The notes under the pieces were generated by a model, which saw nothing but the letters and a program-made list of their open reading frames with translations, had not been told where the DNA came from and did no database searches. The translations under genes and the position numbers were made by a program. From the IMG/VR virus record IMGVR_UViG_3300032212_000081, positions 1 through 36,617 of that record: DNA of 36,617 nucleotides. One strand, 5' to 3'. This stretch comes from a virus. Taxonomy: Duplodnaviria > Caudoviricetes. Below, in pieces: positions 25,497 through 36,098 of this stretch. Numbering within the stretch: the first letter of the stretch is position 1; the number at the start of each line of letters is the position of its first letter.

Positions 25497-26989
25497 TGGT
25501 TGAGCTACCAATAGCAACGGGTTTTTATGAAGATGCTAACCGGCCTATAGCATCACAAGAGTGTATCAATTTTATACCTCAAGTCCCACAGGCTAATGCT
25601 ATTTCACAAGCTCAGTTAATTGGCGCTGATGGAATAGAGTCGTTTGCGGTGGCTGGCAATAGCTCAAGCCGTGGCACTCATACGATGGCGGGTATCGCTT
25701 ATACGGTTAATGGCAATATTCTATACAGAATTAACTCTGATGGAACCACGACAATACTAGGCGCAATCACGGGCACAGGCCGTGTATCTATGGCTGATAA
25801 CGGCCTTGAGATATGTATAGTCGTGCCGAATGTTGCCGGATATATCTACAGTGTTGCTGGTGGCTTGCAGATCATCACAGACACTAACTTTACAAATACA
25901 CTAGGACCATCTGAACAAGTTGTTTATAAGTCTGGTTATTTCGTGCATTACAACAACACGAATAATGCTGAGAGTAATCCGATTGTGTTTCATTCCAATT
26001 TGCGGGATGGGCTAACTTATGACGCTTTGGATTATGGCGTACCTTCTATTGACCCTGACCTGATAACTGGACTGCATGTCAATAGAAATCAACTGTATGT
26101 CGGTGGTGAGGTAACTATGGAGTTATTTCAGGATATCGGCGGCGCTGGGTTTGCGTTTCAGACTGTGCCGGGTGCGGTCATGCAGATTGGTGTTAGGTCT
26201 AAATTCTCATTGATTGACTTTGATGGCGGCTTTGTTGGCATTGGCGGTGGCGAGAATGATCAGCCTGCTATCTGGAAGTTTTCAGGCAATTCACAACAGA
26301 AGATTAGCACCACGGCAATTGATAATATTTTACAGCAATCAACAGATGCTGAAATAGAGGGAATTTATACAACCACATATTCAGCGTTTGGTGGATTCTT
26401 TGTTAATTTCCACTTTAAGAATCGCTGTATGACATATGACGCGGCTACTGGCTTATGGCATGAGCGCAAATCTAAAGATTTAGAAGGCAGACCGATAGCA
26501 TGGCGGGTAAATGGCATTATCGACGCATACGGCTTTAATCTGGTGACTGACAGTCAGGATGGGCGCATCGGTAAGTTAGAGCGAGATGTCTATGAGGAAT
26601 ACGGCATTGCCATTAATCGCAGTGTATCTACTATTCCATTCCAGAATAAAGGCGAGCGGATCAGGGTATCAAAGATTCGATTAACTTGTAATTCTGGTGT
26701 CGGGCTAGAGGAAAAGAAAAAAAGCACATTCCCGATTAAATTTCCTTACACGTTTGGTGATGATGATTTGATACCGGGCGTCGATCCTCAAGTTAGCATG
26801 TCGTTTTCTGATGATGGCGGTTATACCTTTGGTAACGGTGTTAGACGTGGACTAGGCAAGCAAGGCGAACATAGAAAGCAGCAAGTATGGTTTAGAGGTG
26901 GTCAGATTTCTAATGTTCGCGTTTATCGGTTTGCGTTTGGTGATCCGGTTAAATGTGTGATTAGTAAGCTAGAGGCGGCATTCGCATGA
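25496..26989 (+). CDS. Tail hub / packaged-DNA stabilisation protein, P22 gp10-like
   Basis: G.I.G.GRVSMADNG, ISTTAID, YDAATGLWHER, SFSDDGGYTF....R.LGK.GE. Confidence 0.9.
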   Translation: MVELPIATGFYEDANRPIASQECINFIPQVPQANAISQAQLIGADGIESFAVAGNSSSRGTHTMAGIAYTVNGNILYRINSDGTTTILGAITGTGRVSMADNGLEICIVVPNVAGYIYSVAGGLQIITDTNFTNTLGPSEQVVYKSGYFVHYNNTNNAESNPIVFHSNLRDGLTYDALDYGVPSIDPDLITGLHVNRNQLYVGGEVTMELFQDIGGAGFAFQTVPGAVMQIGVRSKFSLIDFDGGFVGIGGGENDQPAIWKFSGNSQQKISTTAIDNILQQSTDAEIEGIYTTTYSAFGGFFVNFHFKNRCMTYDAATGLWHERKSKDLEGRPIAWRVNGIIDAYGFNLVTDSQDGRIGKLERDVYEEYGIAINRSVSTIPFQNKGERIRVSKIRLTCNSGVGLEEKKKSTFPIKFPYTFGDDDLIPGVDPQVSMSFSDDGGYTFGNGVRRGLGKQGEHRKQQVWFRGGQISNVRVYRFAFGDPVKCVISKLEAAFA

Positions 26990-27237
26990 TTATTGCACTA
27001 GAGAGGCACTTTGCATGGCTGGACTCGGAAGGCAAGCCCACACAGCGCACTGCTGAGTATATCGAGGGCATGACTAAGGCAGTTAATTTAAACACGCCCA
27101 TTATCGGTACAGGCTCACCAGAAGGCGTAGTTACTGCCAGTCCAACACAGCGATATATGGATGATGCGGGAACGGCTGGCAATATTTTATACATTAAGCA
27201 ATCTGGTACGGGCGATACGGGGTGGATATTGGTATGA
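26986..27237 (+). CDS. Small tail-associated protein (gp26 position)
   Basis: G.G.PEGVVTA....Y.D..G......YIK.SG...TGW motif seen in tail proteins. Confidence 0.7.
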   Translation: MIIALERHFAWLDSEGKPTQRTAEYIEGMTKAVNLNTPIIGTGSPEGVVTASPTQRYMDDAGTAGNILYIKQSGTGDTGWILV

Positions 27238-27247
27238 GGATAAAGTT

Positions 27248-27916
27248 ATGAGTTGGTTAGTAGCAGGTGGCTTAGTATTAAATGCACTGTCTGGTAGAAG
27301 TGCTGGCAGGGCATCGCGTAGGGCTGGTGATATTCAAGCCCAAGCAGCCCAAGCTGGTGTAGAAGAAACGCGCAGGCAGTTTGATATCACACAAGAGCAA
27401 ATGGCCCCCTTTAGAGAGGCTGGTTTAGGCGCATTAGCTCAACAGCAGGCTATGCTTGGGTTGTCAGGTCAGGAAGCTCAGCAGCAAGCATACGCAGGGC
27501 TTCAAGAGTCACCGGCACAGCAATTTTTACGCGGTAGAGCTGAAAAGGCATTATTGAGAAATCAGGCGGCTATTGGTGGTTTGGGTGGCGGCAACATTCG
27601 CACAGCTTTACAGCAGCAAGGCGTTGGATTTGCTCAACAGGATATACAAAACCAATTTAACCGATTATCGGCATTAACCGGAGCAGGCCAAACAGCGACT
27701 ACAAATGTTGCTCAATTAGGTGGCAAGGCAGCACAAAATATCGCGGCAGGCTTAGGTCAGGCCGGTGCTGCTCAGGCTTCTGGTATACTAGGGGCGCAGC
27801 AGGCTCAAGGCCAGTTCTTAGGGCAAGTTGGTAATGTGGCTTTAGGTGCTGGAATCGGGTCACAAATATCCGGCGTTGGTCCGGGTCGTGGTGCATTACT
27901 CAGTTTGATAGGTTAA
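27248..27916 (+). CDS. DNA ejection protein, gp7-like
   Basis: Gly/Ala/Gln-rich, RRQFD......PF..AG..AL; start revised to ATG 27248 (GAGGA RBS). Confidence 0.82.
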   Translation: MSWLVAGGLVLNALSGRSAGRASRRAGDIQAQAAQAGVEETRRQFDITQEQMAPFREAGLGALAQQQAMLGLSGQEAQQQAYAGLQESPAQQFLRGRAEKALLRNQAAIGGLGGGNIRTALQQQGVGFAQQDIQNQFNRLSALTGAGQTATTNVAQLGGKAAQNIAAGLGQAGAAQASGILGAQQAQGQFLGQVGNVALGAGIGSQISGVGPGRGALLSLIG

Positions 27917-27925
27917 GGAATAAAA

Positions 27926-29224
27926 ATGGCTGCATTAGTAGATTCACGCGGATATAACTTAACGCCAAAGCTTGGCATATCGAGAGGCGGTATTCTAGGG
28001 CTTGCTCAATTACAGCAAATGGGCCAGCAGAATATTGCATTGGATAAACGTGAGCAGATAAAAAGTATCTTATCTCAACAGCAGGGCGGTCAACCGACAC
28101 TCGGCCAAGCGCCTGCACAACCGCAAGTCGATCCGATTACTGGTCAGGCTATCCCGCAGACAGCACCAGCCCCACAGATATTATCGCTTGAAGAAAAGAA
28201 AGAAATGGCGCGTAATATCGACCCGATAGAGGCCGAAAAGGTATTTACAGCACTAAAAATTGATAAAGCCTCGCACCGTGAAGAAGCGTCTCGTTTTGGA
28301 TCGCAACTAGAAAGCACCCCCTCTGCACAAAGAGCGGGGTTAATTCATGCGCGTATTCAGAAATTACAGTCAGAGGGTCGTGATGCTACAGAAACGATGA
28401 AACTGCTTGATATGGATGAACAACAGCAGAATCAGGCGGCATTGGGTATACAGCTTGCGGATTTATCGACTAAAGAAAGATTTGCGTACAGACAAAAGCG
28501 AGCTGCTATTGCTGGGAAACTTAAAACAGGCGTGGAAGTAAAATCAAGCAAGATCTTAGACGATGGCACAACAGTTCAGGTAATGAAGGACGGAACAACG
28601 CAAGTAACATCACCGGGTGGTGCGGTTTTGTCTGGCGATGAGAGAGTATCAGCAATTCAGGAAGCGCAAGAATTTGGGGTCGATATACAGCAAAGACGAG
28701 CAAAAGGCCGAAGGGTTGGAACAGAGACGGCCAAAGTTGCCTTAAATGCTTTTGATAGAGTAGGAAAGATTAGACAAAATATAGATGACCTAAATGAAGG
28801 TATACGGCTGGTGCGTGAAGAGGGTGCAGAAACCGGCCCCATTGCCTCAAAACTACCAAGCTTTAGAGCGGCGACTAAAAGGCTTGATAATCTACAAGGA
28901 AGATTGGGGTTAAATGTTGTAGGCGCTGTAACTTTTGGCGCTCTATCAAAAGGCGAGTTAGATTTAGCTAAGGATGTTGCCCTGCCAAAGGGCTTGAATG
29001 AGGATGAGATAGTAGACTGGATGGAAGTAAGGGTGGCTGCACAGCAGAAACTAGCTAACAATCTTGAAGATGCGGCATTATTTTTATCCGATCCAGAAAA
29101 TACTGTTGCTGATTTGATTAGGCGAAACAGAGCAATGGCTAAAGCTGCTAAAAAGAAATCGGAAGCAAAATCATCAACAACACCACAAACAGTAGGCCGA
29201 TTTCAAGTAAGGGTTAAGCCATAA
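27926..29224 (+). CDS. DNA ejection protein, gp20 position
   Basis: Helical Gln/Ala-rich protein, FGALS..EL; position. Confidence 0.72.
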   Translation: MAALVDSRGYNLTPKLGISRGGILGLAQLQQMGQQNIALDKREQIKSILSQQQGGQPTLGQAPAQPQVDPITGQAIPQTAPAPQILSLEEKKEMARNIDPIEAEKVFTALKIDKASHREEASRFGSQLESTPSAQRAGLIHARIQKLQSEGRDATETMKLLDMDEQQQNQAALGIQLADLSTKERFAYRQKRAAIAGKLKTGVEVKSSKILDDGTTVQVMKDGTTQVTSPGGAVLSGDERVSAIQEAQEFGVDIQQRRAKGRRVGTETAKVALNAFDRVGKIRQNIDDLNEGIRLVREEGAETGPIASKLPSFRAATKRLDNLQGRLGLNVVGAVTFGALSKGELDLAKDVALPKGLNEDEIVDWMEVRVAAQQKLANNLEDAALFLSDPENTVADLIRRNRAMAKAAKKKSEAKSSTTPQTVGRFQVRVKP

Positions 29225-31320
29225 TGCAAACATACGAAGTAACAGACCCAAATACAGGGAAGGTGCTTGAGCTTACTGGCGACTCACCACCTACTGAGCA
29301 GGAATTGGAGCAGATATTTGCAGCTCAAGTACAGCAGCCACAAGCTCAGCCGGTGGCCACTCAACAGCCTGCACAGCCTCAAGTAGCTGAAAGACCTGCT
29401 GATGTTCCGTTGCCTGAACAACTAGAAACGGCAGAACAACCGGCTGAACGTGATGCAATACGCCAATACCTGATAGACAACCCAGCTACAGCAACACTGG
29501 CAGAATTTGGCAGCGCGGTTAATCGTGGGGCTGTTAATATATTGGATTTCTTTGGCCCTAAAGCCATTAACTCTGCTTTGGAATTAGCTGGCGTTGAGGC
29601 AAGAATACCTGAAATTGCAGAAACTGAGATAGGTAAGAAAGCGGTTACAGGCGAATTCATGGAGGATGGACTAGCTAAACAAGCGGTTAGAACGGCTGGT
29701 GAATTTGTAGCGCCTGCGGGCGTGACTGGCCAAGCACTGAGAACAGCCGCAGCAGCTATACCAGCGGCTAAAACAGTTGGTCAAGGTGTTATCAAGCAGC
29801 TAGGTGCTGGAACGGCTGCGCAGGATATTACAGGGGCTGTATTGTCTGGTGCTGGCGCTGCTGCTGGCAAAGAAGCCGGTGGTGATGTTGGTGAGTTAGC
29901 AGGCGCTTTCCTTGCTCCTGTTGCAGGGTCTACTATAAAAAATGCCATGACCGGCCTTATAAGTGCAGGTAAGCGCGGATTTGAAGCAATGATTAAGCCG
30001 CTTGCAAGTATGCAGGATGACGCAGCATCGACTCTATTAGCAGAGGCTATGGTGCGTGAGGGACTGACACCCAAGCAAGTAACAGCACGGCTAAAAGAAT
30101 TAGGACCAGAGGCTATACCGGCTGATTTAGGTAACAATTTTGCACGGCTCTTACGAGTAGCATCAAATAAAATACCACAAATCGAGGGTCGGGCTGCTGA
30201 TGTATTCAAAGCGCGTCATGCAGGGCAATCGCAAAGATTATTAAAAGCGGTTGATGATGCAACTGGGACTGGTGCATTAACAGTAGATGACGCTATATCG
30301 CATCTTGATAAAACACTAAAGCCAGAGATAAATAAACTCTATATGGAGGCTGGTGAAAAAGGAATCCGCGTATCACCACGTTTAACTAATTTACTGGAAG
30401 GTAAGAGCTCGGTAGGACGCGCACAGAAAAAAGCGCAATTACGTCTCGCAGACAAAAGAGCTGCCGGTGATGAGATTACCAATATTGACATTATCGACGC
30501 TACAAAGCAGGAATTAGATGACCAGATAGGTAAAGCTGTTAGACAGGGCGAAAATAACAAAGTCCGCGATCTTGTCAGATTAAAGAATGTTATGATCGAT
30601 GAGGCTGATCAGACTATCCCTGTTTATAAGCGGGCGCGTGATTTATTCGCTGGTAAGGCATCATTAGAAAGTGCGGCATCATCTGGTGAAATGTTCTTAA
30701 AAATGAAGCCAACTGATATAGCGGATTTAACAAAATCATTCGGTAAAAGTGAAATGATGATGTATCGATTAGGCGCAAAGAAAGCTATTTTAAACAAAAT
30801 AGACGATTTGCAGACCAATGCCGATGCGGTTAGGCGGTTATTTGGTAAGACTGGCGATGTCAAAAAACTAAGAAGCTTATTTGATGATGAGAAAGCGTTT
30901 AATAAGTTTTCAGATACATTAAAGCGTGAGTCTGATTTCATTATGACTCGCAGGGCAGCGCAAGCGAATTCAACAACAGCCAAGCAATTATCAGACGATG
31001 AGTCATTTTTAAATGTGCTTGGGGATGCTGCACAAGCTGTATCTACCCCTACCGGCTCGGTCAGTGTTGTCAATCGCATTGTTAATGGGCTAGGCAAGGG
31101 CAGACAGGATGCTATCTATATAAAAGCCCTTGAAGATGTTGGTGATATACTACTCGTTAAAGGTATTGAGCCACAAAGAATACAGGCGATTCTTAAAAAA
31201 GGAACGGCCAAGCAAATAGAGGCGCAAGTCAGACAGGCGCTGAAAAAGAAAACTATTAAGCCTTACACCGCTGCCGTAACTGGCGCTGCTATTAAAGCCT
31301 TTGAGGAAGAAAACCAATGA
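29224..31320 (+). CDS. DNA ejection protein, gp16 position
   Basis: 698 aa Ala-rich helical protein, N-terminal YEVTDP.G...L.GD.PP; position. Confidence 0.75.
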   Translation: MQTYEVTDPNTGKVLELTGDSPPTEQELEQIFAAQVQQPQAQPVATQQPAQPQVAERPADVPLPEQLETAEQPAERDAIRQYLIDNPATATLAEFGSAVNRGAVNILDFFGPKAINSALELAGVEARIPEIAETEIGKKAVTGEFMEDGLAKQAVRTAGEFVAPAGVTGQALRTAAAAIPAAKTVGQGVIKQLGAGTAAQDITGAVLSGAGAAAGKEAGGDVGELAGAFLAPVAGSTIKNAMTGLISAGKRGFEAMIKPLASMQDDAASTLLAEAMVREGLTPKQVTARLKELGPEAIPADLGNNFARLLRVASNKIPQIEGRAADVFKARHAGQSQRLLKAVDDATGTGALTVDDAISHLDKTLKPEINKLYMEAGEKGIRVSPRLTNLLEGKSSVGRAQKKAQLRLADKRAAGDEITNIDIIDATKQELDDQIGKAVRQGENNKVRDLVRLKNVMIDEADQTIPVYKRARDLFAGKASLESAASSGEMFLKMKPTDIADLTKSFGKSEMMMYRLGAKKAILNKIDDLQTNADAVRRLFGKTGDVKKLRSLFDDEKAFNKFSDTLKRESDFIMTRRAAQANSTTAKQLSDDESFLNVLGDAAQAVSTPTGSVSVVNRIVNGLGKGRQDAIYIKALEDVGDILLVKGIEPQRIQAILKKGTAKQIEAQVRQALKKKTIKPYTAAVTGAAIKAFEEENQ

Positions 31321-32591
31321 CAATGTACACCACACCTATAGAGCAGATCAGTGATGGCAATGGAGACCCGATTGTAGGCGCTAAAAAGTTTCTATTCTCT
31401 GTCGGCACAACCACAAAGAAAACTATTTATTCTGATTCGGCTTTAACGACTGCCAGAGCTAATCCGGTATTGTCAGACGCAGACGGTCGATTCCCTCAAT
31501 TCTTTTTAGATGGATTGTATGATGAGGAGCAGCAGGATAATTCAGGCACTGCCACGGGGTATGATGGTGCTACATTATGGGGGCCTAAACCAGTTGGTGA
31601 GGTCGCAGAAGGCGCTTTGACTTTATGGGCCACTGATAATACTTACAACAAACCAGAGATTGTGCTGGGTTCAGATGATGAGTATTACCGCTCCCTGACC
31701 GATTCTAATACCGGCAATAATCCGACAACGTCACCCGGTAGCTGGGAGCAATTACAGTTTGGCCGCGTGTGGAATACTAATATCACTTATTCAGAAGGTG
31801 ACACGGTTTATGGCTCTGATGGATTCCTGTATATTTCCACTGTCGATACAAACTCAGCGAATAACCCGCCTATCTCATCTAGCCAATGGCGACCTGCTAC
31901 TAATCAGAATCAATCGGCTGTAGCGGCTGGTACTGTTGATGCGATAACGGCTGTTTTCCCTATCCCATTGCAGGCTTTAAATGATCAGACAATGGTAACG
32001 GTTAGGGCTAGTGGTGCGAATACGGTCACAAATCCTACGTTTGCGCCTGATGGATTGACAGCTAAGACTATTACTAAAAATGGCAATCAATCTTTATCTG
32101 TTGGTGATATCTTTGGGGCCGGTCATGAATTGCTGCTTAAATTTAATAGCTCTAATGACGTATGGGAGTTGGTAAATCCTTACGAAAAAAACATCACGGC
32201 AAACACAAGTAACAGCGGATCGGCAGATATTACAACAGCACCGGCCACGCTTGTTACATTGGGTTCAATAGATGTATTAGCGGGCGACATGATACTGATT
32301 CAAGGGTACTCATACGGCACAAAAGGCGGCACGGCTGGAAATGTCGCAATAGAGTGCACAAAGGACTCAGGCACTGCGACACTGGAATTCTATGGGCCAT
32401 CTGTAGCGATATCGTCATTATTTGGCGACGAGCTGCCGGTCCTTGCTGCTGGGTCATATAGTGGACGAATAAACGGAAGCATAAAGGCTACTGCGGCTGG
32501 TACGGTTGTATTAAAACTAACGGGCACGTCTGCTGGGTCAGATATTACAAGTGCAGGACATGCGCTACACGCAATGGTATTAAGAGGCTAA
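31317..32591 (+). CDS. Tail fibre / receptor-binding adaptor protein
   Basis: Head-binding-like N-terminus (D.NG.P..GAK..F..GTTT....Y.D......NPV..DADGR); two W....TY....V repeats resembling CBM5/12. Confidence 0.8.
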   Translation: MTMYTTPIEQISDGNGDPIVGAKKFLFSVGTTTKKTIYSDSALTTARANPVLSDADGRFPQFFLDGLYDEEQQDNSGTATGYDGATLWGPKPVGEVAEGALTLWATDNTYNKPEIVLGSDDEYYRSLTDSNTGNNPTTSPGSWEQLQFGRVWNTNITYSEGDTVYGSDGFLYISTVDTNSANNPPISSSQWRPATNQNQSAVAAGTVDAITAVFPIPLQALNDQTMVTVRASGANTVTNPTFAPDGLTAKTITKNGNQSLSVGDIFGAGHELLLKFNSSNDVWELVNPYEKNITANTSNSGSADITTAPATLVTLGSIDVLAGDMILIQGYSYGTKGGTAGNVAIECTKDSGTATLEFYGPSVAISSLFGDELPVLAAGSYSGRINGSIKATAAGTVVLKLTGTSAGSDITSAGHALHAMVLRG

Positions 32592-32594
32592 TAA

Positions 32595-34700
32595 ATGAAA
32601 GACTTAAACGATTATGTAGACGGTAACGAATTACAGCCATCTGATTTTAACGAGATACCTAGCGAAATACAGCAAGCTATTACCGACTCAGGGCAAACAT
32701 TAAGCTCTGGTGATTTAACGCAGCTTAGTAAGGCCACTAGCGCCAATGTAGCTAACAAAGCAGCGGCAGTATTGCTAACACCTGTTAATAACAAAATGTA
32801 CTTTATAGGCGGCACGGACGGCGGATTATTTAAAGGCGTAACCGGAGCGGCGGCTGCTACTTACTCAGATAATGGAGGCTCATACTGCGGCACTCAGTTT
32901 ATCCCTACAGGGGGCGATGGGTCTGCGGCTTGGGTTAGGGTTGATGGCGGGTATAATGTTGGCTTGCCCTTTAATGTGGTCTGGTTTGGCGCTCAAGGTG
33001 ATGGGGTTACTGAGGATCATGTAGCAATACAGGCAGCACTAGATGCGGCAGCCAGCGATACATCAGCTATCCATAGAACATACGCGCCTGCTGGCAAATA
33101 CATAATAGGTGATACTGTTTACCTCCCTGAATTGCTGGATTTCTTTGGCGAGGGGGTAAGTATATTGACCTCAAATCATTCTACTAGAATGCAGGCAAAG
33201 TCTGGCTTAGAAAAAGATATGTTCAGGGTTATTCCTCATTTTTCAGGAGGTCTGTACTGGTGGGGTGGTCATGTTTATAACATGGATATTCGTGGTGATA
33301 GGGCGGGTACACTAGGCAGCGGTATCTCGTTAAAAGATTCTAGCTCAAATACTGTCATTGCTGAGGATGGTGCGCTATTAAATAATCTTATTATCGAAGA
33401 TATGGCAGAATCGGGAATTGTTCTTCCATCAGGCGCAATCCCTTTACATATAAGAGATGTGCGAGTTACAGACGTAGGCGATTACGGTATCGACTTTACT
33501 GGGTTAGCTCTAACTGTGAATGGCCTTCATTTAGATAATATATCAGGTGACAATTGTACGAATGGTCTAGTTAGACTGAAAGACCTAGATTATACGTCTA
33601 ATGTCTTATTAACCAATATTAAAGCGGAAGGCAAGGCGGCTACTCAAAATTATACATTGATTATAGATAACTGTGACAGGGCGTCAATTACTATAGATAG
33701 CGGGCATATGACATCAGCGGAGCCAGATGGCGCGTTCTTTAAAGCACCGAAAGACTTTATAAGAATATCGGGCGTTGGTGCGCCCATTATAACGTGGTCT
33801 GGTTATTCCCCAAGAATCAGAACAACCGACACAGAGGTTGATACGTCTTATGTTCTTAACGATACAATAAGCGGAAAAACAATCCACTCAAGCCAGCGAA
33901 ACGGTAGATATAACACTATTAACGCAAGGAGATTCAGTAATAGCGGAGCCACTATATCTAATGGAGCTGGTTCAAATGCACAGCAGACTATGAGCGGAAC
34001 GGATGCCATTGCATTGGGTGATTTGGTCGCCGCTACCCAGATCGCTGATATGGAAGATGTATTCATGGGAGAGGCCTACACTAGCTCAACAGATATTATA
34101 TTCCGCAGGCAAAACGTATCTGGCGTTGATTTTACTTATTCAATTGCTTATCTTACAGCATTTAAAGTACCCATGTCTTATGTCAGGACAAGCGCCTCAA
34201 AAACATTTGACCCGCCGAGCATAACAGCAAACACAAGCACATCTACCACAGTTACAGTGCCGACTGCTGAGTTAGGTGATTTTGTTATGTATTCACACGC
34301 AGCAGATCAGACATCGACGGTAGGCACAAGCTATGTAAGTTCTGCTGATACTGTGACAATACATTGGACGGCTGTTGGTACAACTAGAGATATCCCTAGC
34401 GGAGAACTAACGGCTTATGTACTCAAAGAATCAGCGTTTTCATTAATGGGGGCTATTACTTACGATCCGCCATCAATAAACAATGCAGCACAGGCCGTTT
34501 CAACGGCTATTACGGTAAAAGGAGCGGCACTTGGAGATATAGTAATATCTTCATTCAGTCTTGATTTACAAGGAATTAAAATGAGTGCTTATGTTAGCGC
34601 GGCGGATACAATCGAGGTTATTTTCCTAAACTACACGGGCGGGGTAATTGATTTAGCATCGGGCGTTCTGCGTGTTGGTATTCTAAATACCGCGCCTTAG
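32595..34700 (+). CDS. Tailspike with pectate-lyase-like beta-helix (putative depolymerase)
   Basis: NVVWFGAQGDGVTEDHVAIQAALD...YAPAGKY entry motif; C-terminal tandem domains. Confidence 0.88.
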   Translation: MKDLNDYVDGNELQPSDFNEIPSEIQQAITDSGQTLSSGDLTQLSKATSANVANKAAAVLLTPVNNKMYFIGGTDGGLFKGVTGAAAATYSDNGGSYCGTQFIPTGGDGSAAWVRVDGGYNVGLPFNVVWFGAQGDGVTEDHVAIQAALDAAASDTSAIHRTYAPAGKYIIGDTVYLPELLDFFGEGVSILTSNHSTRMQAKSGLEKDMFRVIPHFSGGLYWWGGHVYNMDIRGDRAGTLGSGISLKDSSSNTVIAEDGALLNNLIIEDMAESGIVLPSGAIPLHIRDVRVTDVGDYGIDFTGLALTVNGLHLDNISGDNCTNGLVRLKDLDYTSNVLLTNIKAEGKAATQNYTLIIDNCDRASITIDSGHMTSAEPDGAFFKAPKDFIRISGVGAPIITWSGYSPRIRTTDTEVDTSYVLNDTISGKTIHSSQRNGRYNTINARRFSNSGATISNGAGSNAQQTMSGTDAIALGDLVAATQIADMEDVFMGEAYTSSTDIIFRRQNVSGVDFTYSIAYLTAFKVPMSYVRTSASKTFDPPSITANTSTSTTVTVPTAELGDFVMYSHAADQTSTVGTSYVSSADTVTIHWTAVGTTRDIPSGELTAYVLKESAFSLMGAITYDPPSINNAAQAVSTAITVKGAALGDIVISSFSLDLQGIKMSAYVSAADTIEVIFLNYTGGVIDLASGVLRVGILNTAP

Positions 34701-34726
34701 CTATCCGCTAGTACCCACATTAGATA

Positions 34727-35281
34727 TTATGCAGTAATGGCCTTTAGCCTGTCTTTATAGTATTGGGTGATTTCTTTGAGGTCGTTTATAGTTAGCTTAT
34801 ATTGGCTGTGAGCGCCTTCAATCCATTCTACATGTGATAGACCTATTTTATCGATAAGTCGCGGCCTGTAGTTACTGATATTGCCTGACAGCATCATATT
34901 ACAGTTTTTATTGCACTGTAGGTGTATATTGTATTCGTTAAAGCGTAATTCTGGATGTGCGCCCTTAGTTTTATAATGACCGGCTGCATATTGGATATCT
35001 GGTTTATTAGTTCCACATGATATACATCCCTTTCCTTTATCACGCTCTCTGATGTACGCATGACAGGCTTTTTCTGCTTGTTTAACCCAGTACGGTCTAT
35101 CGCTATCATTTAGCTTTGTGCGTAACTTGCGGGTTGTTGCCTTATACTCTTTCTTATTTTCCTGCTTTGTTAATTTAATTGCACAAGTGGCACTACATAC
35201 TTTAGCCAGTGACGAAAAGGGGGTGAATTTATCCTTACAGATTTTGCACTTTTTCTGCTTTGGTGGTTTACTTGAGTCCAT
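34727..35281 (-). CDS. ninG: NinG/Rap recombination endonuclease
   Basis: KKCKIC..F.P......CS..CA, YIRERD...CISCG, AGHY...GAHPELRF.E.NIH.QC...CN..LSGN. Confidence 0.93.
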   Translation of the reverse strand: MDSSKPPKQKKCKICKDKFTPFSSLAKVCSATCAIKLTKQENKKEYKATTRKLRTKLNDSDRPYWVKQAEKACHAYIRERDKGKGCISCGTNKPDIQYAAGHYKTKGAHPELRFNEYNIHLQCNKNCNMMLSGNISNYRPRLIDKIGLSHVEWIEGAHSQYKLTINDLKEITQYYKDRLKAITA

Positions 35282-35735
35282 ATTCGCTAGGGTCGGTTAG
35301 CTGCACACCTTTAGGTGCATAGAAATTAATTATCATCGTTATATATTCGGCCATCTGTGATGTATTAAAATTCTCTGTATGCACTTGATGCTTAACAAAC
35401 CACTTTAAATGCTCTTTATCGCCATTATGTGACTTGCTGAACATATCGTATAGCTCACTGAAAAAACTATCGTCACGCATGAATATAGCCAGTGCAAAGC
35501 GATATTTACAAGCCAGATCAACGCCTTGTGGTGTTTCTTCCAGTTCGCCACCTATACCGGCCTTAGATATATCAGTATATAACCGCCATTGATAACCGCG
35601 CTGCTTTCTGGTTTTATCACCGGCATTGGATATAGTGATCATGTATTTATTGCCGACTTCTAAAGACTCAATTCTGCCTAGGGCATAACCTAATTTTGTC
35701 AGGTCGGTTAAATAAATATACTCAGCCTTCATCAA
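35268..35735 (-). CDS. NinB-like protein
   Basis: KTRKQRGYQW..Y.DI, T..FNT.QMAEYI..I.......GV.L.DP; adjacent to ninG. Confidence 0.7.
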   Translation of the reverse strand: MMKAEYIYLTDLTKLGYALGRIESLEVGNKYMITISNAGDKTRKQRGYQWRLYTDISKAGIGGELEETPQGVDLACKYRFALAIFMRDDSFFSELYDMFSKSHNGDKEHLKWFVKHQVHTENFNTSQMAEYITMIINFYAPKGVQLTDPSEYGLK

Positions 35736-35919
35736 TAGGCATCCATTTGTCTACATAATCCATAGAAAAACTATCAAACTCATATCCGTGATATATTCGC
35801 CACGGAAAGTTTTTATCAGGCCAGTGAATTGCAACAGCATATGTAATCATGTCTTTGCCATCAATAATAACTACCTGACCCTTGAAAGGCTTTTTATCTT
35901 TAATATTGTTCCATTTCAC
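35722..35919 (-). CDS. DUF551-like small protein
   Basis: MKWNNIKDKKP..GQ.V...VDKWMPI. Confidence 0.7.
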   Translation of the reverse strand: MKWNNIKDKKPFKGQVVIIDGKDMITYAVAIHWPDKNFPWRIYHGYEFDSFSMDYVDKWMPIDEG

Positions 35920-36098
35920 ATCTCACCCCTTTTAATAGCTTGGCACAATTTCCAGATAGTATCACCCCATGACCTGCCATAAATCCCGACCCTCAACTTG
36001 AAGTCCGCCATATACAAGCCTGTCTTATCCTTAACAAGCCGCCTAGCATATCGTAGCTGGTTATAGTCTCTTAGGCGGTCTTGTGGGCTATTTGTCAT
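35916..36098 (-). CDS. Hypothetical protein
   Basis: Overlap-coupled ORF in the leftward arm. Confidence 0.55.
   Translation of the reverse strand: MTNSPQDRLRDYNQLRYARRLVKDKTGLYMADFKLRVGIYGRSWGDTIWKLCQAIKRGEM

Noticed and set aside
15985-31097. Long antisense ORFs (e.g. 15985-16578, 28657-29061, 29781-30209, 30624-31097)
   Set aside because: They lie wholly opposite well-supported genes and look like shadow frames of Ala/Thr-rich coding sequence.
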